The notes: generated from the letters alone by a model not told the origin. 42,628 nucleotides of DNA from Nitrospirota bacterium (GCA_043802315.1 JAZDLE010000028.1:1-42628); one strand, 5' to 3'. Positions 27,883 through 38,523 are shown, counted from the first letter of the stretch. Made by a program: numbers and translations.

Positions 27883-29838
27883 ATGTTAAATACAGTTAAG
27901 GTTCCAAAACAGTTTGAGCCAATATTCCAGAAAGCTCAGGACTATGTAAATAGATATTTTAAGGAAAGAAAAGGAGATCCTTCAAAAGGCACGATTGAAA
28001 TATTTGGAGAACGCTATATTTTGGTAAGAGCGGCTTCTATGTCGATTGATTTTTTCGAAAGTATAAAAAATTTATACATGGATCAAGGCGAGGAAGAGGC
28101 GTTTAATGTTGCCAGGCAGCTCCTTTTCGATATAGCCCATACTATCGGCAGACAGGATGCAAAAAACTTTCATAAAAAAATGGATCTCAAAGATCCCATC
28201 GAGAAGCTTTCCGCCGGGCCGGTTCATTTCTCACATTCAGGGTGGGCTTTTGTTGATATATTTGCTGAATCAAGGCCCGTTCCAGATGAAAGTTTCTACC
28301 TCATATATGATCATCCATTTTCGTTCGAATCCGATGCCTGGCTGAAGTCCGCAAGAAAGAGCGATTTTCCGGTTTGCGTGATGAACGCCGGTTATTCTTC
28401 GGGGTGGTGCGAGGAAAGTTTCGGCGTGCCGCTGGTTGCCTCGGAGATAATGTGTCGGGCAAAAGGGGATGATGCGTGTCGTTTTATAATGGCACATCCC
28501 TCAAAGGTAGAAGGTTACATAGGAGACTATTTGAAGAAAGAACCAAAGTTGGCAAAAAAGATTACTAAATACGAGATACCGGGGTTTTTTAAAAGAAAGG
28601 AAATGGAAAGAGCATTGCGGGAAAGCGAAGAAAAATATCGTGCATTTTTTAATACAGCAAAAGATGGCATATTTATTAATGATGAAACAGGAAAGTTTAT
28701 AGATGTAAATCCGGTGGCGTGTGAGTCGCTCGGTTACAGCAAAGAGGAGCTGTTAAAATTAAGCAATAAAGAGATTGATCTCGAAGCTATAGGATACGAA
28801 GCATTCAAAAAAGTTCGGGATACATCTGCGGAAAAAGTGATGTTTGAGGTAAACCAAAAAAGAAAAGACGGCTCGTTCCTGCCTGTTGAGATTACCAGGA
28901 CCTTTTACAGCGGTGGCAGCCAGCGATTTGGTCTATCGATTGCCCGTGACATCACCGAGCGCAAGCGGGCAGAGGGGGCGCTGCTAAAAGCCAATGAAGA
29001 TTTGGAACAACGGGTGAAGGAACGTACCGCAGAACTGGTATCAACAAACGAGTTGCTGAGGAGTGAAATAAAAGCGCGCAAGCGGGCGGAGGAAGAAATC
29101 CGCCAGCTCAACGCTGAACTCGAACAGCGCGTGGTCGAGCGCACCGCCCAGCTTAAAGCCACCAACGAAGAACTGGAGTCCTTCAACTACTCTGTCTCTC
29201 ACGACCTGCGTGCACCGCTCCGAGCAATTGGTGGTTTCTCCCAGATATTGTTTGGGGAGTATTTAGATAAACTTGATAATGAAGGTAAGCGCCTTCTGCA
29301 TATCATTCGAGGGAATACGCACAAAATGGCAGAACTTATTGATGACCTTCTTGCCCTTTCCCGCATAGGTCAAAGGGATATTGAGCTATCAGACATAGAT
29401 ATGGATAAACTGGCACAAGCAGTGTCCAAAGAAATCGAGAACGCCACCTCTGAGAGGAACCTACAGTTTGACCTGAAACCACTTCCTCCTGCCCGTGGGG
29501 ATCAGGGAATGATACGTCAGGTCTTCTTTAATCTCATAGCCAATGCTATCAAGTTTACACGATCCAGAGAGGCTGTAGTTATTAAAGTTGGCGGATATGC
29601 TAAGGATTCGGAGAATGTTTACTATGTCAGGGATAATGGTATTGGTTTTGATATGCAGTATGGAGATAAACTCTTTGGTGCTTTCCAACGGTTACACAGC
29701 GGGGAGGAATTTGAAGGGACGGGCATTGGATTAGCCATCGTGAAACGTATCATTAACCGACATGGTGGCAGTGTATGGGCTGAGGGAAAGGAGAATGAAG
29801 GGGCAACGTTTTATTTTACACTCCCAACGGAAAGATGA
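27883..29838 (+). CDS. XylR_N/V4R-PAS sensor histidine kinase
   Basis: V4R zinc ligands (C...GY.SGW...E..C...G...C.F), [25 protein letters not shown]. Confidence 0.88.
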   Translation: MLNTVKVPKQFEPIFQKAQDYVNRYFKERKGDPSKGTIEIFGERYILVRAASMSIDFFESIKNLYMDQGEEEAFNVARQLLFDIAHTIGRQDAKNFHKKMDLKDPIEKLSAGPVHFSHSGWAFVDIFAESRPVPDESFYLIYDHPFSFESDAWLKSARKSDFPVCVMNAGYSSGWCEESFGVPLVASEIMCRAKGDDACRFIMAHPSKVEGYIGDYLKKEPKLAKKITKYEIPGFFKRKEMERALRESEEKYRAFFNTAKDGIFINDETGKFIDVNPVACESLGYSKEELLKLSNKEIDLEAIGYEAFKKVRDTSAEKVMFEVNQKRKDGSFLPVEITRTFYSGGSQRFGLSIARDITERKRAEGALLKANEDLEQRVKERTAELVSTNELLRSEIKARKRAEEEIRQLNAELEQRVVERTAQLKATNEELESFNYSVSHDLRAPLRAIGGFSQILFGEYLDKLDNEGKRLLHIIRGNTHKMAELIDDLLALSRIGQRDIELSDIDMDKLAQAVSKEIENATSERNLQFDLKPLPPARGDQGMIRQVFFNLIANAIKFTRSREAVVIKVGGYAKDSENVYYVRDNGIGFDMQYGDKLFGAFQRLHSGEEFEGTGIGLAIVKRIINRHGGSVWAEGKENEGATFYFTLPTER

Positions 29839-29896
29839 CGTGTTACAAAAGAGCACATCCAAATACTATCGACAACTTTTTAGATGAGTTCATTGT

Positions 29897-30664
29897 TTAA
29901 TAAACAATCCTCTCAAGAAAAAGACCATGTGGTGGAGCACTCGGCCCTGCAAGCCTCCTGTCACGGGACCTTAAAATCTCATCCATACGATACGCTGGTA
30001 TTTTTCCCCTTCCTATTTCGACAAGAGTACCCACGATATTTCTTGCCATGTGCCTGAGAAAACCATCTGCCTCTATTCTTATCTTTATGAAATCACCTTT
30101 CATGCGCATAGTCATGAAATCCATTTCGTCTAACCTTTCTATGCGTAAAGAGAAGATTTCCCTAATAGGGCTCTTTGTGCTACTGCCAGTTCCCATAAAA
30201 GAAGAAAAATCATGCTTTCCAATGAGAATCTGTGCTGCTTCTATCATGGATGTAACCTCAAGTGGCTGCTTGACTGTCCATGCATATCTGTAAACAAATG
30301 CCGAGGATTCTCTCTGGTTTGAAATGGTATAAAAATAACTTTTTCTCTGAGCATTGTGTCTTGGATTAAAAGATTCATCAACCTCAGACACATCGCAAAC
30401 CCTGATGTCCTCAGGGAGCAGGGCATTCAGTGCCCCTTTGATTGTTTCAGGGTTGAGTTTTGATTCTGTCCTGAACACTGCCACTTGTCCGAGGGCATGT
30501 ACACCTGCATCGGTTCTGCTTGCTCCAATAACCCTCGGCTGGCAGCCCGTTATTTTTACTATTCTCTCCTCAAGGATGCCCTGTATGGTCAGCCCCTTCT
30601 TCTGGATCTGCCATCCATGATAGGCCGTTCCGTCATACTCGAGGAGGAGTTTTATTTTTTTCAT
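29897..30664 (-). CDS. truA: tRNA pseudouridine(38-40) synthase
   Basis: YDGTAYHGWQ, SRTDAGVHA, GKHDFSSF, FLRHMARNIVG. Confidence 0.96.
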   Translation of the reverse strand: MKKIKLLLEYDGTAYHGWQIQKKGLTIQGILEERIVKITGCQPRVIGASRTDAGVHALGQVAVFRTESKLNPETIKGALNALLPEDIRVCDVSEVDESFNPRHNAQRKSYFYTISNQRESSAFVYRYAWTVKQPLEVTSMIEAAQILIGKHDFSSFMGTGSSTKSPIREIFSLRIERLDEMDFMTMRMKGDFIKIRIEADGFLRHMARNIVGTLVEIGRGKIPAYRMDEILRSRDRRLAGPSAPPHGLFLERIVY

Positions 30665-30751
30665 AGTTTACAATATACCAATCTGCACGAGTTCTTCAAT
30701 GAAGCTACTCATTCATTCCTTCTTCTGATACAATATTTTTAAGAGGACATA

Positions 30752-31828
30752 ATGATAGACCTAAAGGCTCTTATCTCCAGTGTAAAGAAAAATTGCACTG
30801 TCTCTGATGCAACATATTGGGGGTACTATTCTTTATGTGGCCTTCTCCTGAGACTCAGGGAGCTCTATCGTAGTGAAAGAGGGTTAAGACCCTGGGAAAG
30901 AATAAACCAGGAAGAAATTTCTGAGTGGATATCAGAAAGGGAAAATCTTTGGAAGGAGCTCGAAGGTAAAGGCTTCGAAGACATTATCACTGGAGAACAG
31001 GTCTATGACCCCTTCGAAGTGGAAAGAATAAATGCGGTACTGGAGAAAGAAAACCTTCTTTACAGTGCTGGATATGGGATTCATATGAAACCCTCTTTTT
31101 TCCTTGCAGACCTCTTATCTAAGAAAAAAGTTGAAGGCCATGTTGTTTATATTGCAGGACATGAATATGCGAGAGACCTGGCACATTATCCAGCTACATT
31201 ACAGGATGGGATTATCTTTGCGAGGGTAGACACCACGAGGCATCTCCTTTGGGAAAAATTTGAGGAACTGAGACTGAGAGGCCCAAAGGGCTCTCTTGCG
31301 TTTGCATTTTCGAGGTACGGCATAAAACCTGAAGATGAGTCATCAGAGGATTTGTACAGACGGATGTTTCAGGTTGCCTTCGCTGAAGTTGAAACATACA
31401 TCTACCATGAGCTGGGTGAGGCGTTTGAGGCGACAAGACTTGGCGGCGAATGGGATGATCTGCTGGTTGACTTTTCAGGTACTAAGATTGAAGTCTTTGC
31501 CCGGGGAGTTAAAGACCTGCTTTCAGATACTGCTGAGACTGGCATGATCAGACACATTATTGAAAACAGAAAAGAGGGGTCTCTGGGTTTTTACATTGTA
31601 TTCCTCGGAGGTTACAGGAAGCCTCTTTTTCCTGAGATCATCAAGGCTTTTGAGGGTTTTGTTGAGTCAGGGGACTGGGGACTTATTGAGGATGCAAGGA
31701 AGGCAGGCTATGGAAAGGCTGAAGTATGTGCCGAGAGATTGCTTTCGTTCAGGAGAGAAAAAAGAGATCAGGCATGCATCTCCGAATATATAGATAAGGA
31801 ATTACTAAGCAGTAAAAAGTCTGTGTGA
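30752..31828 (+). CDS. Conserved hypothetical protein (resembles the Sfum_1244 family)
   Basis: NC.VSDA...YSLCGLLLRLRELY N-terminus, KPSFFLA, E.ARDL, HELGE. Family name recalled, not searched. Confidence 0.7.
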   Translation: MIDLKALISSVKKNCTVSDATYWGYYSLCGLLLRLRELYRSERGLRPWERINQEEISEWISERENLWKELEGKGFEDIITGEQVYDPFEVERINAVLEKENLLYSAGYGIHMKPSFFLADLLSKKKVEGHVVYIAGHEYARDLAHYPATLQDGIIFARVDTTRHLLWEKFEELRLRGPKGSLAFAFSRYGIKPEDESSEDLYRRMFQVAFAEVETYIYHELGEAFEATRLGGEWDDLLVDFSGTKIEVFARGVKDLLSDTAETGMIRHIIENRKEGSLGFYIVFLGGYRKPLFPEIIKAFEGFVESGDWGLIEDARKAGYGKAEVCAERLLSFRREKRDQACISEYIDKELLSSKKSV

Positions 31829-32010
31829 ACCATGCTCCCTTCGCTAAGGCTGGTAAACCAAAATTTTTGTAAAGTACGTTTCAGGCAGTATTCATTCTTC
31901 AATGATTGAAGATTATTAACCGAATTGTAGGTACTATCTTATCAAATTCCAATTCTTTCTATAATTAAATTGGATGGGCTATAATAGTCTTCCAGAGATG
32001 GGAGGATTGT

Positions 32011-33201
32011 ATAAAAAGATTACCTGACAAAAAAGGTTATTTTGGTATTTATGGTGGACGATTTGTCCCCGAAACTCTCATGCCAGCTCTCAAGGAATTG
32101 GAGGAGGTATTCTTTCAATCCAAAAAGGACAAGGAATTCCAGAAAGAGCTCAGCCATCTCCAGAAGACGTACATAGGAAGGCCTACCCCCCTTTATTTTG
32201 CTCGACGTTTCACAGAATACCTCGGTGGTGCAAAGATATATCTGAAGCGGGAAGACCTTGCGCATACGGGTGCACATAAGATCAACAATGCCCTTGGCCA
32301 GGCATTACTTGCGAAAAAGATGGGTAAGGGAAGGGTGATTGCTGAGACAGGTGCCGGGCAGCATGGGGTAGCAACTGCAACAGGTGCAGCCCTTGTTGGC
32401 CTCGAGTGCGAAATCTATATGGGCACAGAAGATATGAAAAGACAGGCCTTGAATGTGTTCAGGATGAGACTCCTCGGGGCAAAGGTCACAGAGGTGCCCG
32501 TTGGCTCACAGACATTAAAGGATGCAATTAATGAGGCTTTGCGGGACTGGACTACGAATGTCCGGACGACACATTATATCTTAGGTACCGTATTCGGACC
32601 TCATCCATTCCCTGTTATGGTCAGAGACTTCCAGTCTGTTATTGGTAAAGAGGCTAAAAAACAGATACTCGATACCGAAGGGAGACTTCCTGATTACCTC
32701 ATTGCCTGTGTTGGTGGCGGAAGTAATGCTATTGGGCTCTTTCATGCTTTTCTGAAGGAAGGAATAAAAATGATAGGTGTTGAGGCTGGCGGTGAAGGCA
32801 TAGAAACAGGAAAACATGCGGCGCGGTTTGTAGGTGGTTCTCTCGGTGTATTCCAGGGGTGTAAAAGTTATCTCCTGCAAGATGATGATGGAAATGTCCT
32901 CGGAACACATTCTGTCTCGGCAGGTCTTGATTATGCATCTATAGGTCCAGAGCATCCCTATCTGAGGGATAAAGGAATTATCCAGTATACCTATGCAACA
33001 GATGATGAAGCCCTGGCTGCTTTTGAGCTTTTATCAAGAATAGAGGGCATTACCCCTGCACTTGAGTCTGCCCATGCCCTTGCAGAAGTCGTGAAACGTG
33101 CACCTAAACTTTCTCAAAAGGAGGTTATCATCGTAAACCTTTCAGGGCGCGGTGACAAGGACGTCCAGCACGTAGCCAGGATTAAAGGAATCGAACTGTG
33201 A
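32011..33201 (+). CDS. trpB: Tryptophan synthase beta subunit; probable non-canonical ATA start
   Basis: [29 protein letters not shown]. The conserved [20 protein letters not shown] lies upstream of ATG 32080 in the same frame. Start position uncertain. Confidence 0.95.
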   Translation: MKRLPDKKGYFGIYGGRFVPETLMPALKELEEVFFQSKKDKEFQKELSHLQKTYIGRPTPLYFARRFTEYLGGAKIYLKREDLAHTGAHKINNALGQALLAKKMGKGRVIAETGAGQHGVATATGAALVGLECEIYMGTEDMKRQALNVFRMRLLGAKVTEVPVGSQTLKDAINEALRDWTTNVRTTHYILGTVFGPHPFPVMVRDFQSVIGKEAKKQILDTEGRLPDYLIACVGGGSNAIGLFHAFLKEGIKMIGVEAGGEGIETGKHAARFVGGSLGVFQGCKSYLLQDDDGNVLGTHSVSAGLDYASIGPEHPYLRDKGIIQYTYATDDEALAAFELLSRIEGITPALESAHALAEVVKRAPKLSQKEVIIVNLSGRGDKDVQHVARIKGIEL

Positions 33202-33977
33202 TCTCAAGAATCGGAAAGACGTTTAAAGAATTAAAGAAAAAAGGGAAGAAGACGTTTATCCCTTATATCATGGCTGGGGATCCTTCTTTAGAGAGTACAA
33301 AAGATATTGTACAGATGTTTGAGGAGTGTGGGGCTGATATTGTCGAATTAGGTGTGCCTTTTACAGATCCCCTTGCGGATGGCCCAATAATCCAGAGGGC
33401 ATCGGAGAGAGCCTTAAACGCAGGCGTTACATTGAAAAAGGTGATAGCCTTTGTGAGAGAGCTGAGGCAAAACACGCAGATACCTATTGTTCTTATGACC
33501 TATTACAACCCTGTATTTAAATACGGTGAGGAACATTTTGTAAGGGACGCAAAGGATGCCGGAGTTGATGGCATAATCATCCCTGACCTTCCACCTGATG
33601 AGGCAGGGAGTTTAATACGTTCTTCGAGAAAGACTTTCCTCGACACCATATTTCTTCTTGCACCCACGTCAACTCCTGAGAGAATAAAGAAGGTGGCAAA
33701 GGCATCGAGGGGTTTTATATACTATGTCTCGGTAACAGGAATAACAGGAAGCAGGCTTTTACTGGATGGCTCCATAGAGACATTGGTATCAGAAATAAGA
33801 GAGTACACGGACAAACCAATAGCCGTTGGTTTCGGTGTTTCTACGCCTGAAGAGGCATCGGCAGTCTCAAAGGTATCTGATGGTGTGATAGTGGGCAGTG
33901 CCATAGTAAAAAGGCTTCATGAATCCCCTGATGATCTGAAGAGATATATTTTCAGTCTCAGGGGGGCGATACAATGA
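33198..33977 (+). CDS. trpA: Tryptophan synthase alpha subunit
   Basis: [38 protein letters not shown]. Confidence 0.97.
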   Translation: MISRIGKTFKELKKKGKKTFIPYIMAGDPSLESTKDIVQMFEECGADIVELGVPFTDPLADGPIIQRASERALNAGVTLKKVIAFVRELRQNTQIPIVLMTYYNPVFKYGEEHFVRDAKDAGVDGIIIPDLPPDEAGSLIRSSRKTFLDTIFLLAPTSTPERIKKVAKASRGFIYYVSVTGITGSRLLLDGSIETLVSEIREYTDKPIAVGFGVSTPEEASAVSKVSDGVIVGSAIVKRLHESPDDLKRYIFSLRGAIQ

Positions 33978-35044
33978 ACGAAAAACTCAAGAAAAAGCTC
34001 CAGCAGCTGAATACCTTGATAGAATTATCCTCCCTTATTAATTCAACCCTTAATACCATGGAGATTAAGAAGCATGCGATTGATGCAGCCACAAGTCTTC
34101 TGGATGCAGAGGCAGGTAGCCTTCTCCTTATTGATCAGCACACGGGGGATCTTTTTTTCGAGGTCGCCCTTGGGGAAAAGGGGGAAGAATTAAAAGAGAT
34201 CAGGCTTAAGAAAGGAGAGGGGATTGCTGGATGGGTAGCAGAGAAAGAGGAGCCTTTGATTATCCACAATGTGCGGTCAGACCATAGGTTTTGTCGGTCG
34301 GCTGATGAAAAGAGCACTTTTATTACAAGGGATATGATCTGTGTTCCTCTGAAGTCAAAAGAGAAGGTTATCGGAGTCCTCCAGGTAATTAATAAGAAGT
34401 ATGATTTCTTTGATGAGGAGGATAAGGAGGCACTGATAGCTCTGGCAAATCAGGTTGCCATCGCAATAGAAAATGCAGACCTCTATCAAGAAGTGAAAGA
34501 GGCATTTTACTGCACAGCTATGGCACTTGCAGAGGCTATCGAAAAAAGGGATCCTTATACGGGCGGACATACTAAGAGGGTAATGGACTATAGTATTACT
34601 ATTGGAAAGGCTATGGGGCTTTCAAAGAGAGAACTTGAAAACCTTGAACTTGCAGCGATACTCCATGATGTCGGAAAGATCGGGGTGAAGGATGACATCC
34701 TTTTAAAGAGGGGAAGACTCAGTCCTGAGGAACTCGAAGAAATGATTCGGCATACAAAATACGGCGCTGAAATACTCAACCATCTCAGACATCTGAGAGA
34801 TGTAGCTTTAGGAGTAAAGGGACATCATGAGAGATTCGACGGTAAAGGGTATCCAGACAGTCTCAGCGGGGAAGAGATACCGTTAATAGCCAGGATAATA
34901 GCTGTTGCAGACAGTTTTGACGCAATGACTTCGGACAGACCCTATAGAAAGGCCGTAGACCTTGAGAGAGCTTTTGAAGAACTCAAAAATAACATGGGGA
35001 CACAGTTCGACAGAAAGGTAGTAGAGGCGTTCATAAGGACGTAA
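33974..35044 (+). CDS. GAF + HD-GYP domain phosphodiesterase (c-di-GMP-type)
   Basis: GEGIAGWV GAF domain; D.YT.GH..RV, LHDVGKIG, HHERFDGKGYP, VADSFDAM..RPYR. Confidence 0.92.
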   Translation: MNEKLKKKLQQLNTLIELSSLINSTLNTMEIKKHAIDAATSLLDAEAGSLLLIDQHTGDLFFEVALGEKGEELKEIRLKKGEGIAGWVAEKEEPLIIHNVRSDHRFCRSADEKSTFITRDMICVPLKSKEKVIGVLQVINKKYDFFDEEDKEALIALANQVAIAIENADLYQEVKEAFYCTAMALAEAIEKRDPYTGGHTKRVMDYSITIGKAMGLSKRELENLELAAILHDVGKIGVKDDILLKRGRLSPEELEEMIRHTKYGAEILNHLRHLRDVALGVKGHHERFDGKGYPDSLSGEEIPLIARIIAVADSFDAMTSDRPYRKAVDLERAFEELKNNMGTQFDRKVVEAFIRT

Positions 35045-35064
35045 AAAAACTTGAGGGTCATTGT

Positions 35065-35826
35065 ATGAAACTGAAGGTGTTAGGAAGCTCTGGAGCAGAA
35101 TTCGGCAGATATAACCTGCCGGCCTTTTTATTAGACAGTTGCTTGCTCCTTGATGCAGGCACCATAGGTCTGGCTGTGAACGAGGCTGAGCAGTGGAAAA
35201 TCCGCAGTATTCTGATAACCCACACACATCTCGACCATGTCAAGGGAATCCCTTTCTTTGCAGACAATCTCCACATGAGAGATAAAAGGCGCAGTGTTAC
35301 GATAATAAGTATTCGCCATGTACTAAAGGCATTAAAAAATAATCTCTTAAACAATATCTTATGGCCAGATTTTACGAGGATCCCTGATACCAAAAACCCT
35401 GTACTGAAGCTCAAGACGATAACACCTGGCCAATCATTTCATGCCTGTAAGCATAAAATTGTAGCATATAGAGTAAACCATTCTGTGCCTGCCGTGGGAT
35501 ATGTTATTGAGAATGTAGAAGGAAAACGACTCCTTTATACAGGAGATACAGGCCCCACAGATTCAATATGGAGAGCTGCAAACAGGATAGATTGTGTAAT
35601 TATGGAGGTGTCTTTTCCGAACAGGATGGAAGAGGTGGCTATCAAGACCGGTCATCTAACGCCAAGGCTTATCGTAACAGAGTTACATAAGATGGAAAGT
35701 TTTCCTGAAAAGATCCTTATAACCCATCAAAAACCTCTGTACCTCAAACAGATTCATAAGGAGATAGAGGCTCTTCAGGTGAAGAATATGAAGATAGTAA
35801 AAGATGGCGAAACATATAAGATATAA
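35065..35826 (+). CDS. Metallo-beta-lactamase-fold 3',5'-cyclic nucleotide phosphodiesterase-like protein
   Basis: VLGSSG, LLDAG, THTHLDH, PDF, HSVP, TGDT, EVSFPN, GHLTP. Confidence 0.82.
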   Translation: MKLKVLGSSGAEFGRYNLPAFLLDSCLLLDAGTIGLAVNEAEQWKIRSILITHTHLDHVKGIPFFADNLHMRDKRRSVTIISIRHVLKALKNNLLNNILWPDFTRIPDTKNPVLKLKTITPGQSFHACKHKIVAYRVNHSVPAVGYVIENVEGKRLLYTGDTGPTDSIWRAANRIDCVIMEVSFPNRMEEVAIKTGHLTPRLIVTELHKMESFPEKILITHQKPLYLKQIHKEIEALQVKNMKIVKDGETYKI

Positions 35827-35833
35827 AGTTAAC

Positions 35834-35868
35834 AGTCAGGGGTCAATAGTCGGGAGTCGGGAGTCAAA
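35834..35868 (+). repeat. 7-bp tandem array (AGTCGGG-like) over the accD ribosome-binding region
   Basis: AGTCAGG GGTCAAT AGTCGGG AGTCGGG AGTCAAA. Confidence 0.6.
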
Positions 35869-36701
35869 TGGCGTGGTTTAAAAAGACAAAATATATAAAG
35901 ACCGAGAAGAAGGTTAAGATACAAGAGGGTCTGTGGGTTAAGTGCGATAGTTGTAAGGAGATCGTATATAAAAAAGAGGTAGATAAGAACCTCAAGGTCT
36001 GCCCAAAATGCAATTACCACTTCAGGATAAGCGCACGAGAACGATTGAAACTCCTCGTTGATGAAGGGAGCTTCACAGAATTCGATGGCGATCTTTTATC
36101 AGGCGACCCTCTCGATTTTAAGGACACTATTTCATATAAAGAAAGAATAAAGGAGAACCAGAAAAAGAGCGGGCTCAAAGAGGCTGTTATTTCTGGGGAG
36201 GCCCTTATCAAAGATTATCCGGTAAGTCTCGTTGTCATGGACTTTTCCTTCATGGGTGGAAGTATGGGTTCTGTTGTGGGTGAAAAAGTCTCAAGGGCGG
36301 CAGAACGTGCTCTGGAAAAGAAGCAACCCCTTGTGACGGTTTCATCCTCTGGTGGTGCAAGGATGCAGGAAGGGATATTCTCCCTTATGCAGATGGCAAA
36401 GGTCTCTGCTGCTATAGGCAGGTTGAAGGATAATGGGATTCTTTTTATCTCCCTTATAGCCGATCCTACCTTTGGGGGTGTCACCGCAAGCTTTGTTATG
36501 CTCGGTGACATCATTATCGCTGAACCGAGGAGCCTTATAGGATTCGCGGGCCCGAGGGTTATCGAACAGATTATCAAACAACCTCTTCCGGAGGACTTCC
36601 AGAGAGCTGAGTTCCTTCTCGATCATGGCATCATAGACATGGTTGTAGAGAGAAAGAACTTGAGAGATACGCTCGCCAAGCTCTTCGAACTTCTCCAATG
36701 A
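35868..36701 (+). CDS. accD: Acetyl-CoA carboxylase carboxyltransferase beta subunit
   Basis: LWVKC..C zinc finger, FMGGSMG, SGGARMQEG, GFAGPRVI. Confidence 0.97.
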   Translation: MAWFKKTKYIKTEKKVKIQEGLWVKCDSCKEIVYKKEVDKNLKVCPKCNYHFRISARERLKLLVDEGSFTEFDGDLLSGDPLDFKDTISYKERIKENQKKSGLKEAVISGEALIKDYPVSLVVMDFSFMGGSMGSVVGEKVSRAAERALEKKQPLVTVSSSGGARMQEGIFSLMQMAKVSAAIGRLKDNGILFISLIADPTFGGVTASFVMLGDIIIAEPRSLIGFAGPRVIEQIIKQPLPEDFQRAEFLLDHGIIDMVVERKNLRDTLAKLFELLQ

Positions 36702-38119
36702 GCTATAGCGAGACGATTCATTATCTCTATAATCTCCAGAAACAGGGCATCAAATTCGGTCTCAATAATATCATCACTTTGATGTCGGCTCTTGAAAACC
36801 CGCATAGATCATTCCCTTCTATCCATATTGCAGGGACCAACGGAAAGGGCTCAACCTCTGCCATTATTGCATCGGTTCTCAGAACCTTAGGCCTGAAGGT
36901 TGGTCTTTTCACATCGCCCCATCTCGTGAGTTTCACCGAGAGAATAAGGGTTAATGATGAAGAGATAACGGAATATGAAGTTGTCAATCTGGCAGAGGAA
37001 ATAAGGGGGAAAGTCTCAGATCTCCAATTTTCAGATTCAAACTTTACACCTACATTTTTCGAGGTAGTGACTGCAATAGCACTGCTTTATTTCAAAAGGA
37101 AAAGGACAGATATAGCAGTGATAGAAGTGGGTATGGGAGGAAGGCTTGATGCTACGAACATAATAATACCCGAAGTTTCTGTAATCACAAGCATAAGTTA
37201 TGACCACAGAGAATTTCTTGGGAGTACGCTCAAGGAAATAGCCCATGAGAAAACAGGCATTATTAAGGAGGGTATTCCTGTTGTTGTCTCTTCTCAGACA
37301 TCAGAGGTTTTAGAAGTTATTGAAGCAAAGGCAGAAGAGATGAATACCAAGGTTTATCTTTATGGCAGGGATTTTTCATCGGTACTCAAAAGAGAGGATA
37401 TTTCAGGAATCCATTTCGATTATTTTGATAATGACTCCTTCATGATTCATGATTTATACCTTCCCCTGACCGGTGAGCATCAGATGCAGAACGCCTCCGT
37501 TGCCATAAAAGCAGTTGAATTGTTTAATGAACGCAGGCTAAAGCCTGCAGCTACTCATCACTCATCACTTATCACTCATCACTCAATCAGAGATGGTGTT
37601 GCAACAACGAGATGGCCAGGACGGCTCGAGATGATAAAATACGAACCGCCTATTCTCATAGACGGGGCACATAATGCTGCTGCAGCTTTGGCTCTCTCCC
37701 ATACATTGGCAAAAACCTTTCTTGGAAAATATAAGAGGATTATCCTTGTCCTCGGCATCATGGGTGATAAAGATATAGAGGGTATTATGAAGCCTCTCCT
37801 TCCCTTGACCTCTGAGCTAATACTATCTTCTCCCAACTACGAGAGGGCAGCCTCCCCTGAAAGACTCGCCAATATGGCTGCATCTTTAGGATTTCCTGAT
37901 GTACATATTGCACCGACCGTAAAAGATGCTCTTGAATTAGCTCAAAATATTTATCAACAGTCAAATCTCCCCTCACCCTCCAATAATCCGCCCCCACCCC
38001 CCTCAACACTCGTCACTCATCACTCGTCACTCATTGTCGTTACAGGTTCTTTTTACACAATTGGAGAGGCGAAAGAGTTTGTTGGGCATACCGGTGTGCT
38101 TACGAGGCTGAGGGAGTAA
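36698..38119 (+). CDS. folC: Bifunctional folylpolyglutamate synthase/dihydrofolate synthase, with two repeat-derived insertions
   Basis: HIAGTNGKGST, TSPHL, EVGMGGRLDATN, WPGRLE, DGAHN, TGSFY. Confidence 0.95.
   Translation: MSYSETIHYLYNLQKQGIKFGLNNIITLMSALENPHRSFPSIHIAGTNGKGSTSAIIASVLRTLGLKVGLFTSPHLVSFTERIRVNDEEITEYEVVNLAEEIRGKVSDLQFSDSNFTPTFFEVVTAIALLYFKRKRTDIAVIEVGMGGRLDATNIIIPEVSVITSISYDHREFLGSTLKEIAHEKTGIIKEGIPVVVSSQTSEVLEVIEAKAEEMNTKVYLYGRDFSSVLKREDISGIHFDYFDNDSFMIHDLYLPLTGEHQMQNASVAIKAVELFNERRLKPAATHHSSLITHHSIRDGVATTRWPGRLEMIKYEPPILIDGAHNAAAALALSHTLAKTFLGKYKRIILVLGIMGDKDIEGIMKPLLPLTSELILSSPNYERAASPERLANMAASLGFPDVHIAPTVKDALELAQNIYQQSNLPSPSNNPPPPPSTLVTHHSSLIVVTGSFYTIGEAKEFVGHTGVLTRLRE
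37532..37584. repeat. GTAG-type REP plus ACTCATC heptamer array inside folC
   Basis: CGCAGGCTAAAGCCTGCAGCTAC followed by about 4.5 copies of ACTCATC. Confidence 0.8.
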
Positions 38120-38152
38120 ACATTCCTACATGGAATAACACATATTCGGTTT

Positions 38153-38224
38153 GTCATGCTGAACACGTTTCAGCATCTCGTTAAATTAATGAGCTATGAG
38201 ATCCCGAAACAAGTTCGGGATGAC
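38153..38224. repeat. GTCA-type REP doublet
   Basis: GTCATGCTGAACACGTTTCAGCATCTC ... GAGATCCCGAAACAAGTTCGGGATGAC. Confidence 0.75.
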
Positions 38225-38523
38225 CAAAACATACTTTTTCAGCAGCGTGTTAGTAAATTAAAGTGCTGTTGACAATACTTCCGCTGACAGACAATTTCAA
38301 AAGAAATAGTAATTAACAATTACATCCATTACTTTTCACCATTTTTCAAAATAGCATAGACTGTTGATTCCACCTACCAACAAACGTTTTCAGGGGGCGA
38401 AAGGTTTTCTCAATTCCTTCATCTAAGTCGCATGGCAAGTATTTTCTATTGAATACGGACTTCACCTACAACGTTGCACAATTAAGATGGGGCGAAAGCT
38501 GATGATTTACGATAGAAATGAAC

